Below are positions 13,646 through 26,871 of a stretch of 64,000 nt of DNA, piece by piece. This DNA comes from the human T2T-CHM13v2.0 reference genome, Homo sapiens: NCBI RefSeq assembly GCF_009914755.1, contig NC_060930.1; one strand, 5' to 3'. Made by a program: the position numbers and the translations under genes. The notes beneath the pieces were generated by a model, which was not told the origin of the DNA, did no database searches, and worked only from the letters and a program-made list of their open reading frames with translations. Within the stretch, counting starts at the first letter, position 1. Each line of letters begins with the position of its first letter.

Positions 13646-15277
13646 TTCTCCAGGCTCCCCTTTCTCTGAAGGTGTAGGCCCTCTGCGGGCCAGGCTCCTC
13701 TGGCTTAATTTCCTCCACCACATTGTGTGGCCTCAGGCCTTGCCTTCCTTCTCCTTGACCACAATCCACAGAGTGCTCTGATTCTCATATTGGTATTTGC
13801 CTCCAGGCAGTCCCAGTTTCTGAATTTCCTTCTGTTTTCATTTTTCCTCTCTTCTTTTTTTTTTTTCCTTTTTTTTTTTGTGGCTCCTAGTGATTTCCCT
13901 TCCTTTCTTGTGTGCTCAGCAATACATTTAAAAGTATATTTGTTGTAATTTATTTAGCACCTAGTGTTTCACAGCAGGAAGGTTTTTCAGTGTATCTGGT
14001 CCACAGTTCTGCAGAAAGCTAAACCCCGACTGTCTTCACCAAAGGCAATTTTTCCTTTTGCTGCCTCTAATGTGACTTTCAGTTTTATTTTTTATATTTT
14101 ATTTATTTCATAAGTTCATTCACCTTTATCCTCTTCTCCTCTTGCTCTATCTTCTATCGAATCTCAGTTTTTCTTCTTTGACCTCTTTTCTTTAATGGAG
14201 AATTATTTGATCATGAATTATACCTATTGGGGCAAACTTTTCTGGTTTGTATCATTCAGCTGACTTTTTAAAATCATATTCCTCTCTATGTTTTTTGTGT
14301 TATCTATGACTACATTCCATACTGTTTCATTTCTTGTGATTATGCATTCTTAAATTGGTTTGTTCTTACCAAGCCAGCTATTTGTGAAAGGATAGAACTG
14401 GAGACAGACTAGGGAATGGAGCTAGGGCAGCTTGAATTTCCATCTATTTTCCACTACTGCCTTTCCTGGAGAACGGCCTCTGTGTGGGCTCAACTCATTT
14501 CTCTCTCCTCAGCTCATTTTTATCACAGCTCTTTTGGATGGTGACATAAAGCTTGGTCTCCATCAGCTGAGCATGAGCCATATATTCAGGCACCACTCTT
14601 TTCTTGTTGACCTTAGTACACCCACATCCTGCTCTGGCAGAGATGACACACTAGCCTGTTTCCACGTTTAGCATCATCACCTCTGACCCCTAATGCCAAA
14701 CAGGGGTCAGAGCATTTCCCCAGTGCTCCCATGCATCGAGACCTCATGTTCCCAGCAAGGGTCATTTAATGTCCTTCAGGGTTTGCCACCTGTAAAGACC
14801 TCTCTGTTCTGCTCACTAAACTAGAGAGCTGCAGGATCTTGTTTCTTCCATCAGTCTCCCCATGTCCTTATTTAATTTTCCTAACACTTGGCAGCCTTTT
14901 AAAGAGTGATGTTTGGATTATGGGTGTTTCCTAGTGTTTCATCAGTTTCACTTCTGTTTGTCGTTCTCTTAATTTTTGGTTGACTTAAGGAAAGAGAGCT
15001 TTCAGTCTTGCACTTGATCTTGAAGTCCAGAGGATTATTATAGGATGATAGAAGACTTAAGCAGGTGAGGGACGAGCTATCTCATAGATGATCTGAGAAG
15101 GGCTGGGCCATAAGAGTAGCCTGGAAAGAAGGAGATTTCTTCCTTACACACAGAAGGACAAAAATCCACAGGGAACATACAGGAGGAATTTTAGGTCGAT
15201 AGGAAGAAAAGGAGTAAAAAGGTACTTGCTCCTGTGGGAGATGTGGAGTCTGGCATGTACAAGGAACAGCAATAGAC

Positions 15278-15760
15278 TTTATTCATTTATTCAGCAAATT
15301 TTTATCACATCCATGCTATATGCCAGGCAGTGGGGAACCAGTAATGAACAGGACAAACCAATTCCTGTTCTCTGATACTTCACTTTCTCATAGAAGAGCC
15401 ACAGAACAAAGAAGAACTGAGCAGCAGCAACAATAGCAAGAGCCTGTTTTCTGCCAGGTTCTATAATAGACAACAGAGCCCTGGAGGGTCTAGTGGTGGC
15501 TTCCATGTGGAGGTGCTATTTAAGCTAGATGTGAAAGAACAGAGAATCCAGCCATGTGAAAGGAGGGGAAGAGCATTCCTGGCACAGAGTAGGAAATGCT
15601 ATGGCCCTGAATCAGGAAAGAGCTTAATAATTTTCAGGAACAAACAAATTACTGGTTGGACTTGAAGGAGCAAGACAGAACATGGCACAGGCCGAGGTTG
15701 GAGAGAAAGGAAGGAACCAAATCATGTAGGCATTTGTAGGAGCTGGGTTTGTATTCTATC
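15278..15760 (-). mobile_element. L2a 3' region
   Basis: 'ttattcatttattcagcaaat...tatgccaggca', 'agccatgtgaaaggaggggaagagcattcctggca'. Confidence 0.8.
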
Positions 15761-17436
15761 ATTACTTCCTCAGTCAGTAGAGATAATGAAGAACAGAAAT
15801 CTAGGCAAATATGGATAAATTATAAATGTACCAAAATGATGATAGTTAAAACCCACGAAAAAAAGAGCATAACATCAACAAGTGCTTTGGCAATTTTCTA
15901 TGTGGAGATTCTGGTTTTAAGATAATTTGGGCAGAATTCATAGCATAAAAAATTAACATTACTCACAGACTTACATTCTAAGGAGAGGAATTCCATGTCA
16001 TGCTTTTAGGAATGAATCCTATAAACTGATTGTCCTCTGGAACAAAGGAGACTGTGGCATTTTAGAGAGCCCTAAGCTTCACTATGCGTTTCTGAATTTG
16101 AGGATATGGTTGAGGAAAATTAGTCAGAAGGAAAGGACTTGGACACTCAGGATTCCATAGATCTGGAAAGTAGGAAGGCAAGGGCTGTGCTGAAGGAGAC
16201 ATTCACTCTTTGCATGGGGGCCATCAGAGACGAAGCCAGATAGCATGCACAACACCCAGCTTATTCTCACACCCATACTTTCTCTGTTTGCAAAGAGAAA
16301 TCACATTGGAAATATTTCTAAAGATTACCCTTCTGCAACAGAAAGAATTGACTGGAAAGTAAGTTATGAAAAAGAAATCTGGAAGCAAGGTAATAGAGCC
16401 CCAAACAGAATTTAAATCTTTTCCTATCAGTATTTGGTAGAGTCTGAGTACTGACTTATCAGAATATATATAGGATTTTATCCAGTTGAAGCTGCAGACT
16501 TTAAGGATGTATCCATTTCCTCCCCTCTTCCCTCTGTCCTTCCCTCCCTCAACAGTGAATGTTTGAGATGATGCTATCCAGCCTTTATAGACCAATCTAT
16601 AGATAAGTGACTCTTCTTTTTAGCCTTCTTCATGGCGAATTTCTCTCCAACATTCTTTGCATTCTAATTGGTCTTACTCAATTCCAAAGAATTTCCCATT
16701 AATCAATAAAGCTTCTTCTTAGAAGTGGACTAAAGCTGAAGTTTCAGCTTCTGTCAGACTCCATGTGAGAGACTCCTTTCAAAAAGAGGCAAACTGTAAA
16801 TCCAGTTTTCTTTTGGCATTAATTTCCTAGTAGTTCTGGGGGTTCAAATGAGACATCAGTGACTAGCTGTTACTCAAGTATTTTATCTCAAAGCTTAAAG
16901 GACTGGAAAGTGACTGTGCTCCTTCCACTCTCAGTTTAAGTACAGTATTCTGTTCCTGGCAGCCAAGAAGCAGCAGGTGTAGGATGAGGAATAGCTGGCC
17001 ATTGCTCCTGGCCAGAGAAGGCGCTTCTTCACAACAGTGGAAGGTTTCAGTATCGCTTAGCCTGTCCAAGAGAAACTATTTTTGTTCCATATCCATGCCC
17101 TGGTAGGAGAGTTCAAATTTATTTTGGGTTTGCTGATGGCTATACTATCAGGAGGATATCAGTGCAGGAAGCCAAGAAGCTACCATCTGTGCTGTGTTTA
17201 TATCTAAAGAATTATTTAGAAGACTGATTACTCAGTTAGCTGGGCCTCCTGACCTTCTAGTATTACACTTAGAAAGGTAACTAACACTTTCTTGAAAGTC
17301 ACTTCACTTTTAATAACCCATATAATTCCCTCAATATAAGGTAGGGATCAAAGTATTGACCAAAGCTTCACACTGAGTCTCATGTGTTGTGGATGCTATG
17401 AATGATCACTTGTGGTTAACAGATAGTGACTCCTAA

Positions 17437-17520
17437 CAGTGATATGTTAGTAAATATTTAACAATGGGCTCTCTAGGGAAAAATAACTGATTCATAGCAT
17501 TTGCCAGTTTCCATGATGGA
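17437..17520. mobile_element. MER63-like hAT end fragment
   Basis: 'cagtgatatgttagtaaatatttaacaatgggctct...ctgattcatagcatttgccagtttcc'. Confidence 0.65.
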
Positions 17521-17524
17521 ATAG

Positions 17525-18890
17525 TAAGAACAATTTTATAAATTCAAAAACATAGATGAAATATAGAAATTCCTCAAAAGACAATAATGACCAAAATCAA
17601 CTCAAGCAAAGTAGGAAGCCCAAATAGCCCTATATTTATTAAAGAAAATGAATTCACAAATCTGCCCACCAGAAAAATTGCAAGTCCAGATGGCTTTACT
17701 AGGGAAGTATATCAATTGCATAAGGAATAAATTACACTAATCTTGCACAAAACCCTTCAGAAAATAGAGAGGAAACACTTCCCAACTCACCTTTTGATTC
17801 CAGAATTTATACTGTTACCAGAATTAGGTGAAGACATTATGAGAAAAGAAAATTATAGATCAGAAATCAGTATACTTCATAAATAGAGATGAAAAGAAAA
17901 TTCTTTGCAAAGTATCAGCAGATTGAATCCAGTAAAAACATATATTATATATATATATGTGTGTATATATATGTGTGTGTGTGTGTACATATATATATAT
18001 ATATAAATTATCATATATGATGACCAGGAATGTAAGGTTGGTTTGACTTTCAAAATCAACTGATATAATTCACCATATTAACAGAATAAAGAGGGAAAAC
18101 TGTATGATTGTCTCAAGTATGAAACAAAACCATCTGAAAAAATGGAAAAATTCAGCACTTATTCTTTGTGTATGTATATAACTCCCAAATAAAGTAAGAA
18201 TAGAAGAGATTTTTCTCAACTTGATAAAAGACAACTAAAAGAAGCCTGCAGCTAATATCAGACTTAAGTGTGGAAAGACTGACCACTTTCCCTAAGATAG
18301 AGATGAAGGCAAGGATGCTCACTCTCCATCACTTCTATTCAACATATTGCTGCAGATCACAGGCAGTGCAATAAAAAAAAAGAAGTAAAATGCATAAAAT
18401 TGTAAGGGAAAAACACTGTCTTTATTTGCAGATCGTGTAAGTATAAAATGCAAAACTATTTCTAAAATAGCTACTAGAACTACTACATGAATTTAGCAAA
18501 GGTATAAGCTACATTGTCAATATTCAAAAATCAGTTCATTCTTATAAACTAACAAAAAAGAATGTAAAAAATGTAATACTCTCCACAGTAGCATCACAAA
18601 ACATGAAATATTTATGGACAGGTTCAGCAAAATATGTGCAGTATCTGTGCATTGAAAACCACAAACATTGCTGAGAGAAATTAAAGAAGACCCAAGTTAG
18701 GGGATACAAATGATCTTCATGGATTGGAAAATTCAATATTGTTAAAATGTTAGCTCTCCCCAAACAGTCACCATGAGAATTCTAGCAGGATATTTGTGTA
18801 AATTAATAATTGGAGATTCTAACATTTAAATGGAAATGCAAAGGACTTAAAGCAGTCATAACAATTTGGAAAGGAAGAACACAGTGGGAG
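17525..18890 (+). mobile_element. Old L1M ORF2 remnant
   Basis: 'ccagatggctttactaggga', 'aaggcaaggatgctcactct', 'catggattggaaaattcaatattgttaaaatg'; frame-disrupted. Confidence 0.9.
17940..18005. repeat. (TA)n/(TG)n compound microsatellite
   Basis: Alternating TA and TG runs inside the L1. Confidence 0.9.
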
Positions 18891-18892
18891 CC

Positions 18893-19051
18893 TATGATAC
18901 GCAGAATTCCAACATGATGCCAAGATTCCATCCCCTGCTGCACCAGTGTGTACAATCCCCTTCTGTAGAGTATGAGAGAGACCTGTGAATGTGATGGGTT
19001 GTCACTCTCTTGATTAGGTTATGTTATATGGCAAAGGTGAAGAGATTTGCA
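18893..19051 (+). mobile_element. MLT1E-like LTR 5' fragment
   Basis: 'gacctgtgaatgtgatggg...tgattaggttatgttatatggcaaaggtgaagagatttgca'. Confidence 0.8.
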
Positions 19052-19054
19052 TCA

Positions 19055-19410
19055 GTGGCTCCATCCAAGACTGAAGTGGCTTGGTGCCTGTGTTTGGACA
19101 CCCAGACCAAATGTAAACCTTTGGTCCTCACCCTCCAGAAACACATGTGCCTTTACCACCCCTCAGGTTAAGGCAAACACACATTTATCGCACAGTCTAC
19201 CTTCGGGGTCAGACTGGGGGAGGAGGTCCACAAATGCCCTGAGGCATACTCATGACTATGTGGGCAGGGAATTCCAGGCTCACAGTTACTCCAGGTGTGA
19301 TCTCGAAAGGAAGAGGTGCATGCTCCGCATAGGCAAGCCACTTGGCCACGGGATGTCTTCACTCCATGGGAAGGGAGGAGGCTCAAGGTGGCTGAAGTAG
19401 AGCCTCCCCA
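19055..19410. mobile_element. MER115/Zaphod-like hAT fragment
   Basis: 'tgggcagggaattccagg...gtgatctcgaaagg...cttggccacgg...ccatgggaaggg' resembles recalled MER115. Confidence 0.5.
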
Positions 19411-19411
19411 A

Positions 19412-19551
19412 GCAGAACATCTCAAACTTATATGTGCATAAGATCTTATTGAAATGCAGGATCAGAGCAGATCAGAGTGAGACCTGGGATCCTGCATATT
19501 TAAAAGCTTTCAGGTGACATGAGTGCTGCCGACCCACTTTGAATAGCAAGG
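19412..19551. mobile_element. MER5A hAT MITE
   Basis: 'gatcttattgaaatgcag...ctgcatatttaaaagctttcaggtga...cccactttgaatagcaagg'. Confidence 0.75.
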
Positions 19552-20129
19552 CTGGAATCATGGGGCGGGGTAGTACTGCTGTGATGCCTGGCAGTGCATC
19601 CCTGGCATTGGAGCACATGATCAGCCCTAATTGGTTTGGTGTCACTTGTGAAATCTATCCAGCAAAAGAAGTGAAAACAGAATGGCTATCTTTAATTAAG
19701 TGTTTACTATCTGTCACTAATATCTTTAGGTGTGATAAGTCATGTAATTCATTGGTAACCACTCCTTGCCAAGTACCAGCTTAGAAACGCTAGCCAGTTG
19801 CTTAAAGACGTTCTTCTGATCTCATAGCATCCCTTATTTTCAACCTTTTATCTGTCCCAGTTACCCAAGCCATTGTGCTACAAAATTCCTAGGATCCTCA
19901 AGTTTTCCTAAACCCTCTTTTTCCTAAATCCTCATTTTCACGGACCTCAGGACAGCCTGGGAAAACATCCTGGTTGGTTCTACTACAAAATCTTGTTATT
20001 AGATCTCTGTGGGGTCCTCCTGATTCATGGCAGTCTTCCTTTTAAATATTTTATGGACTTCCTAGTACGTTATCCACAGCAGTGCCCCAAATCCACTCTT
20101 TGTGCTCAGCTCTATTTCCAACTGTCAGC

Positions 20130-20480
20130 AAAAGTGCTTGCATTTCACTTTAAAGGGAAGAATGCTTAATCTGTGTTTATAATCCTAATCCCTTTCTTTT
20201 CCTTGGCTTTGCTTATCAGTTGTTCCCTGTCTTTCTATCTCCTTTTACTCTGACTTTTAGCCAATCAAAATACTGCCTGGATCTCCTGTTTTGTAAGATC
20301 ATACACACCCTCCTAATCCCTGTTACATGTCTCAGGCAGCCAGCCTCCTTTGCCTTCCCTCACTGCCCACTGCCATGAAACAGGAGTCACCTTTTACTGC
20401 CTCTACCTGCCACCTACAACCACTTTAATCTCTTGCATTCTGGCCTTTTCTTCCACCGACCTACGAAACCACCAATTTGA
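20130..20480 (+). mobile_element. L2 fragment
   Basis: 'ctttaatctcttgcattctggccttttcttccacc' in pyrimidine-rich context. Confidence 0.45.
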
Positions 20481-21499
20481 AGTGGTATTAAACTATTTAT
20501 TATTTTTATTAATAAAATATGGGAGCATGAATGAGATATAAAATGAAGTCAAAATTGTTTCTAATATTTATGCTGTATTTTTCCATTTTGTAGCATTTTT
20601 TATTTTGAGGCATCACTCTACAGAGACTTTTATCTCTTCCTGTGGGATGGTTCCCTTTCTAGGCCACATTTTTTGACATTTACAAAAACACACACTTTTT
20701 CTTTTAAATTCAGTGCTGAAGGTTAAGACCTTGGGCCATTCATTATTTTATCTGAACTTCTTTTCTCACTATTATTTGGAAGAAGGGTAAAATAATACAT
20801 TGAGTACTCTACTCTCTTTTGATGATTATGTTGCTCTTGGGCCAAAACAAACCTTTGGAACCTAGATGAACTTCTAAGTTATTCCAAGAGAATTAGGAAT
20901 CTTCCTTTACCCTCCATGGACCCAGCTTCTCAGTGCAGCTAAAGCCCTTGCTTAGTCTGTATAAATTAATACATTTGCTGGAAATGTGACTTTAGGAGAT
21001 TTTATAGCAGTGGTTTCAATGCTGCTAGTGGTGAAGTGGAAATTTGAGAATGTGAAGATTAGTTTAAACCACATGATGGGTTCAAGGAAAAGGGACATAG
21101 CTGGCAGTTTCCTGAATGTGTGCTAACTCTAGATAGTGGGTAATGGGATCCGAAAAAACCACCAGTGAACTTTTAAACCCTCTTGAGAGGAATCAAACCA
21201 GCACAATTAGCCCTGAAACGGAGCTGTACACGAAAACAGGCCTCTTCTCTCTCCCTCAGAAACCAATCCCTTTGCCTGAAAGAACACCATTCGGAGATCA
21301 GAGAGAGAGGAGGCACCTTACCTTTTACTGCTAATGGAATGAAGCTAGACCTGTGTTTCCAATCATTAGCTGGTTTACTGAGCTGTCTTTCATCATAGAT
21401 TCCAAATTCTGTTGGATTCTTTCAACTATTGTTAACCAATAAATTGTATGTTGTGGATAGTCGATGAACTTGAAATAAAAGATTTCTTTTTCCTTCCAG

Positions 21500-21601
21500 T
21501 TTGTTGTAGCAGTGTTCTGGATCATTTATGCCTATGACAGAGAGATGATATACCCGAAGCTGCTGGATAATTTTATCCCAGGGTGGCTGAATCACGGAAT
21601 G
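21500..21601 (+). CDS. AIG1: AIG1 internal coding exon (probably exon 3; residues ~F100-M133), FAHFA hydrolase
   Basis: Acceptor 'tttctttttccttccag', donor 'ATG|gtgagt', 102 nt phase 0/0; translation [34 protein letters not shown] matches recalled human AIG1. Confidence 0.96.
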
Positions 21602-22779
21602 GTGAGTGGATTAAAACAAACGGCTTTCTTTTATTTTAAAAAATCTATTAAATAGCTATGATCTGCTATTTAGACCTTCCATAGAATTTGCCTAAAAAGC
21701 CATGAAATCTTGGAAGGTTATAATGGGAGATTAAAATTAGAGAATACTGTAATATTTACTGAATATAAATAGAAACTTCTTCCCATGGAATGGAGTCATT
21801 ATTCAAACGATGTAGTAGATGAATCCACAGATTATTAAGGTTGGTGTGTCAGTGGTGTTAAATAATATAATTAGCCAATTCTGGGATGAATTTAATTTCT
21901 GTGCCATTAGAAGGCTTGTCCTCAGAGCCCAAGGATGGATTCCCATCTACACAGCCACCAGCCCTCCGCTCCACCTGCGCCTCACATCGTCTGGATTTTG
22001 TTTGAAGTAACTATTGCAGCTGGACAGTTTCCCTCAGATGGGCAGCAAGGCTGTGACTTTCTTTCAGAGATCTGCTGCAGGCATTTGGAAGTGTCTTTTG
22101 CAATGGAATTGTTTGCCTCGTAGGGTTCTTCCCAAGTTAGGGTGTTCGCCTGTGGCTTTGAGGCCTTTTCCTTCTTCTCAGTCTAATTCTTTCTGGTGCT
22201 TTAGCCATGATGTTGCCCTCACTAGTTTCAAATCCAGTGCTTTGGATGGTTTCCACATCATTTTACAACATTTGAGGATATATTTTCTGCAGTGAAATTT
22301 TGTTTCATCTTCCCTTTCAGTTTTTGGAATTGAGCACTACTTTGTTATTAACTAAGAAGCATGCATTTTGGTTACAGCAGTTTTTAGAATATGTCCCAGG
22401 GTGTTCCTGGTGAAAAGGGCAGCCCATCACAAGAAATTATAGGAGAAGGAAGAGCTGGAAATCATGAGTCTTGAGTACAAAATAACAGTTTCCCTTCTGC
22501 CCCCAATTTTGGTATATTTGAAGAAAAGTGGTGTGTCTAACAAACAAACATCACTGTACTGAAGGGTTTTGATCAATTCTTTCTTAAGCCAATTCATCAA
22601 AAGTGGCACATCTCAGAGAATTGGATTTTTTTTTAGTTCAATTAGAGCCACACTCTTGAAGGATTAACATGGCACCTCTGGTCTATTTCCAAACATATCA
22701 GCTGGGTCTTGTCAGTTCAATTTAGCCATCCACGGGGCCTGGCATGGTTACTATGGCCTTCTCCAACTTTTTCCTTTTC

Positions 22780-23095
22780 TTGAATGTGAAAAGCATGTCG
22801 TAACTCCATGGCTTTGCAATCTCCTGCCCCAAATGCCCTTCTCAGTCTTTCCTGACAAATTCCTGCTAGCTTAGTTCCTATCTTCTTTAAGAAGCCATTC
22901 CTAACTCCCCAAGCAAAGTTAGCTATTCCGTTACTTGTGCTTGCACAGCACTTTCATATCTCTATTATGCATGTCTGTATCCCCACAAAAATGTTAAGCT
23001 CCTAGTGCAAAACAGCCTTTGAATTCCAAGCACTTCGCCCAGTTGTCTGGCATACAGTAGGATCAATACATATTTATTAAATTGATGAATGAATT
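22780..23095 (+). mobile_element. L2 3' end
   Basis: 'gtctggcatacagtaggatcaatacatatttattaaattgatgaatgaa'. Confidence 0.75.
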
Positions 23096-23124
23096 CGCTA
23101 TAGCCAATTTCCATAATTCTTTGC

Positions 23125-23335
23125 CAGTTACATAGCTACTATTATTTTTTTTGTGCCAGGCACTCTACAGTGATTGTATCATTAAATTTTCACAGTGGCG
23201 CTACAAATAAGGAATGATCGCAATTACAAATGAAGAAACTGAATCTCAGAAACCTTATATAATTTGCCCAAATGACGTAGCTCAGGATGGTAGAAGTGGG
23301 ATTTGAACCCAGGCCTATCTGGCCTCAAATGTGTG
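23125..23335 (-). mobile_element. MIR SINE
   Basis: 'tacaaatgaagaaactgaatctcaga' and 'gggatttgaacccaggcc'. Confidence 0.85.
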
Positions 23336-24667
23336 GCCACATTTTATCTGAACAAGCAAAACATTAATTGATTCTTGATAAAAACAGTTACATTGTATAG
23401 CTTTTATAACAGTAAGTTAACAAAATGTAAGAGGAACATCTTCAGGGTATTTTGAAGCTTAGTTTCAAACTGTTTAGCGTATTTCAGCTGTCTAAGATAA
23501 ACCAGTCAATAATTAGGTACGTATTTTTAAGAAAAAGACATTATGAAATTCCTGATCTCCAAGAGCTGAGTTGTAAATGGAGATAGGCTTTGTAAATCAT
23601 CACTTCAAACATTACACCAAAAAACATTGTCATGTGCTCAATCAGGAGCAGGCTCTGGCCAAAAGGCAAGCATATTCTTGTACAAATAGTATCCTTTGTG
23701 ATATCTCCAAATATGAGGAAGAGTAATATCACCTAGATAACTCTAATTAGAGTGTCCAAATTGTGAGTATTAAAGGGAGACTCTTGAAGTTGCTGCCTCC
23801 AGTTGAATGTGAAATGATGTCAGTTACCTTGTTCTGACATTACAAGAGACTTTGCTGACAACAAATAATTGCATCATGTGCTATAGAATTAAAGTCTCGG
23901 CCACTTTGGCTTATTGTTAACAGGCCTGAACTGCACAATATTACCTTCATGCCAGAGAATGAATCACAGCCTTTGTGGATCCTGGTTCTAAATTTTTAAT
24001 GTTTTGAACAAATGGCTTATGAAGCATGTATCCAGCCATTAGAACTTTGACTTGCCTCTCTTAATTTTACCTTGATTCACTTTGATGTCTTAAAACTCTT
24101 ACTCCTGGAGACAGATACTACTTAGAAACACAAGGAGGAATTGAATGACACAAATATTTAGGAAAGAGAAAAGATAAATTAGTTAATATGTCAAATCCTC
24201 TGAGAGATAATATGAGTTCAATAGATTCTTTCACAATGAATTTTGTGTCCTAATAGTGATAAATGACCAGTTCTTTGGTTTTCCTCATGTTCCAATTGAT
24301 AGTTCCAGAATTACTGAGAAAAAAGAAGTTGCGCATGGTGGCTGATGTGTATTTTGCAATATTAAACAATTTACATTACTTGAATTCTGTATCTGTGCAA
24401 CTATAGATACAAAATGGATAAACCATGATGCTGATCCTTTAGACTAGCAATTAAAATATGAACATTAAATGCTGGAATTATGAATAATTTTCATAAAATG
24501 TGTAATAAAATGACATTTCAAATAAATGAGCATTTTCTTGTTTAAATAATATTTAAAGTTTTAATAACTATTAATTTGTACTTGCTTTTAATTCTAATTG
24601 GTTTTTAATATTTAATTTAAAAATAGCATTTTTAAATATATGGAAATAAGTCCATTCCAAATTTCTT

Positions 24668-25005
24668 TTTTTTTAATTTTTTAAATTATACTTTAAGTTT
24701 TAGGGTATATGTGCACAACGTGCAGGTTTGTTACATATGTATACATGTGCCATGTTGGTGTGCTGCACCCATTAACTCTTCATTTAACATTAGGTATATC
24801 TCCTAATGCTATCCCTCTCCCCTCCCCCCACCCCACAACAGGCCCCAGTGTGTGATGTTCTCCTTCCTGTGTCCACGTGTTCTCATCGTTCAATTCCCAC
24901 CTATGAGTGAGAACATGCGGTGTTTGGTTTTTTGTCCTTGCGATAGTTTGCTGAGAATGATAGTTTCCAGCTTCATCCATATTCCTACAAAGGACATGAA
25001 CTCAA
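24668..25005 (-). mobile_element. 5'-truncated L1PA (PA3-PA5-like) 3' end
   Basis: 'ttatactttaagttttagggtatatgtgcacaacgtgcagg...'; perfect 17-bp TSD tccattccaaatttctt at 24651-24667 and 25006-25022. Confidence 0.95.
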
Positions 25006-25022
25006 TCCATTCCAAATTTCTT

Positions 25023-25230
25023 ACCAGCCTGGATAACTTGGTGAAACCCTGTCTCTTAAAAAAAAAAATTAGCTGGATGTGGTGGTATGAACATGTAGTC
25101 CTAGCTACTCAGGTGGCTGAGGTGGGGGGATTGCTTGAGCCCATGAGATCAAGGCTATAGTGAACCATGATCATGCTACTGCACTCCAGCCTGAGTGACA
25201 GGAGTGAGACCCTGTCTCAAGAACAAAAAA
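25023..25230 (+). mobile_element. 5'-truncated AluJ
   Basis: Starts in the left monomer 'accagcctgg', followed by a J-type right monomer. Confidence 0.9.
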
Positions 25231-26826
25231 ATTCTCACATGTATTTTAATGTATGTATTTTATTGAAAATTCAAATTGCATAAATTTTGATTATTTTATT
25301 TTCAATTGATCTTTTAGATTATTACTATCAGTAGAGCGAACATTTTGTGAAACTTTCCATTATAATAGCATATTTAGTAATTTTGCTGACATGAAGGCAA
25401 GAAAAATATAGTTTTAGAATATTTATATTCATATATTAAATATTTTAATATTTATATTTATGGCTTAAAAATATATATGTTTTACTACTTATCCAATCAC
25501 ATATTTTCTATTTTGTTTTATAAAACTACATGTGACAATGTAGGAGGATAAAACATTTTATTTAGCACTTCATTAGCTTTATTTGTAGCTTTTTAAAAAA
25601 ATGTATATACTTATTTTAATTTTCAATGGGTAACACATACATATGCATGAAATTTAAATGTTTCCCTGCCTCCTTTGTATACCAGCTACTTAATTCTTTT
25701 TTCCTTTACTTGTACCTTTGAAAATTAATTTTAACATACATGTAATTAACATAGTTACAGGGTACAGAGTGATATTTCAAAATATGTATATAATGTGTAA
25801 TGGCCAAATCAGGGTAATTAGCATATATATTTTCTCAAACATTTATTATTTCTCTATGTTGAGAACATTCAAAATCCTCTCTTCTAGCTTTTTGAAAATA
25901 ACAGTAAATTATTGTTAACCTATATTCATTCTGTATTGCTATAGAACACTGGAATTTATTCCTCCTATCTAGCTATAATTGTGTCTCTGCTAACCAGCCT
26001 CTCCATACTCTCCCCTCCTGGCTACCCTTCCCAACCTCTAATAACCACAATTCTACTCACTACTTCTATGAGCTCATCATTTTTAGCTCCATCTTATTCC
26101 AGATCTTAGAGGAAAAGCTTTCAGCTTTTGTCTCTTTAGTATGTTAGCTGTGGGTTTGTCATATATGGCCTTTATTGTATTAAGGTATATTCCATCTATA
26201 CCTAATTTGTTGAGAGTTGTTATTGTAAATGATATTTAATTTTATCAAATACTTTTTCTGTGTCTATTGAGATAATCATTTGGGTTTTGTTCTTCATTTT
26301 GTTTATGAGATGTATCAAATTTATTCATTTGTGTATGTTGAATCATCCTTTCATCTCTGGGATAAATATAAACTTTTGGATGTGCTGTTGGATTTGGTTT
26401 GGTAGTATTTTGTTGAGGATTTTTGCATCTATGCTCATCAGAGATATTGGCCTATAGTTTAAATTTTTTGGTTCTGTCCTTGTCTGATTTTGGCATCATG
26501 GTAATGCTGGCATCATAGAATGAGTTAGGAATAATGCCCTCCCCTTTAATTTTTTGGAATATTTTCAGAAGTATTTGTGTTAGTTCTTCTTTGTAAGTTT
26601 GGTACAATCTAGCAGTAAACTGTTCTGTCCTGGGCTTTACATTGTTCGGATACTTTTTATTACTTATTCAATCTCAATTCTTGTTATTGGTCTATTCAGG
26701 TTTTCTGTTTTCTCCTGGCTCAATGTTGATAGGTTATATGTGTCCAGGAATTTATCCACTTCCTCTAGGTTTTTCAATTTGTTGGTACACAGTTGTTCAT
26801 AATAATCTGTTATGATCCTTTGTATT

Positions 26827-26871
26827 TCTTGATCTGCAGTCAAGTGCTGTACCCCGGAGCTGTACCCCTCC
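26827..26871 (-). pseudogene. Tailless 5'-half tRNA-Cys(GCA) retropseudogene
   Basis: Reverse complement AGGGGTACAGCTCCGGGGTACAGCACTTGACTGCAGATCAAGA matches tRNA-Cys nt 1-43 at ~38/43; 17-bp TSD at 26813-26829 and 26872-26888; no poly(A). Confidence 0.88.

Noticed and set aside
21649-21672. 8-bp hairpin (taaatagc/gctattta) downstream of the exon donor
   Set aside because: Short AT-rich stem, compatible with chance
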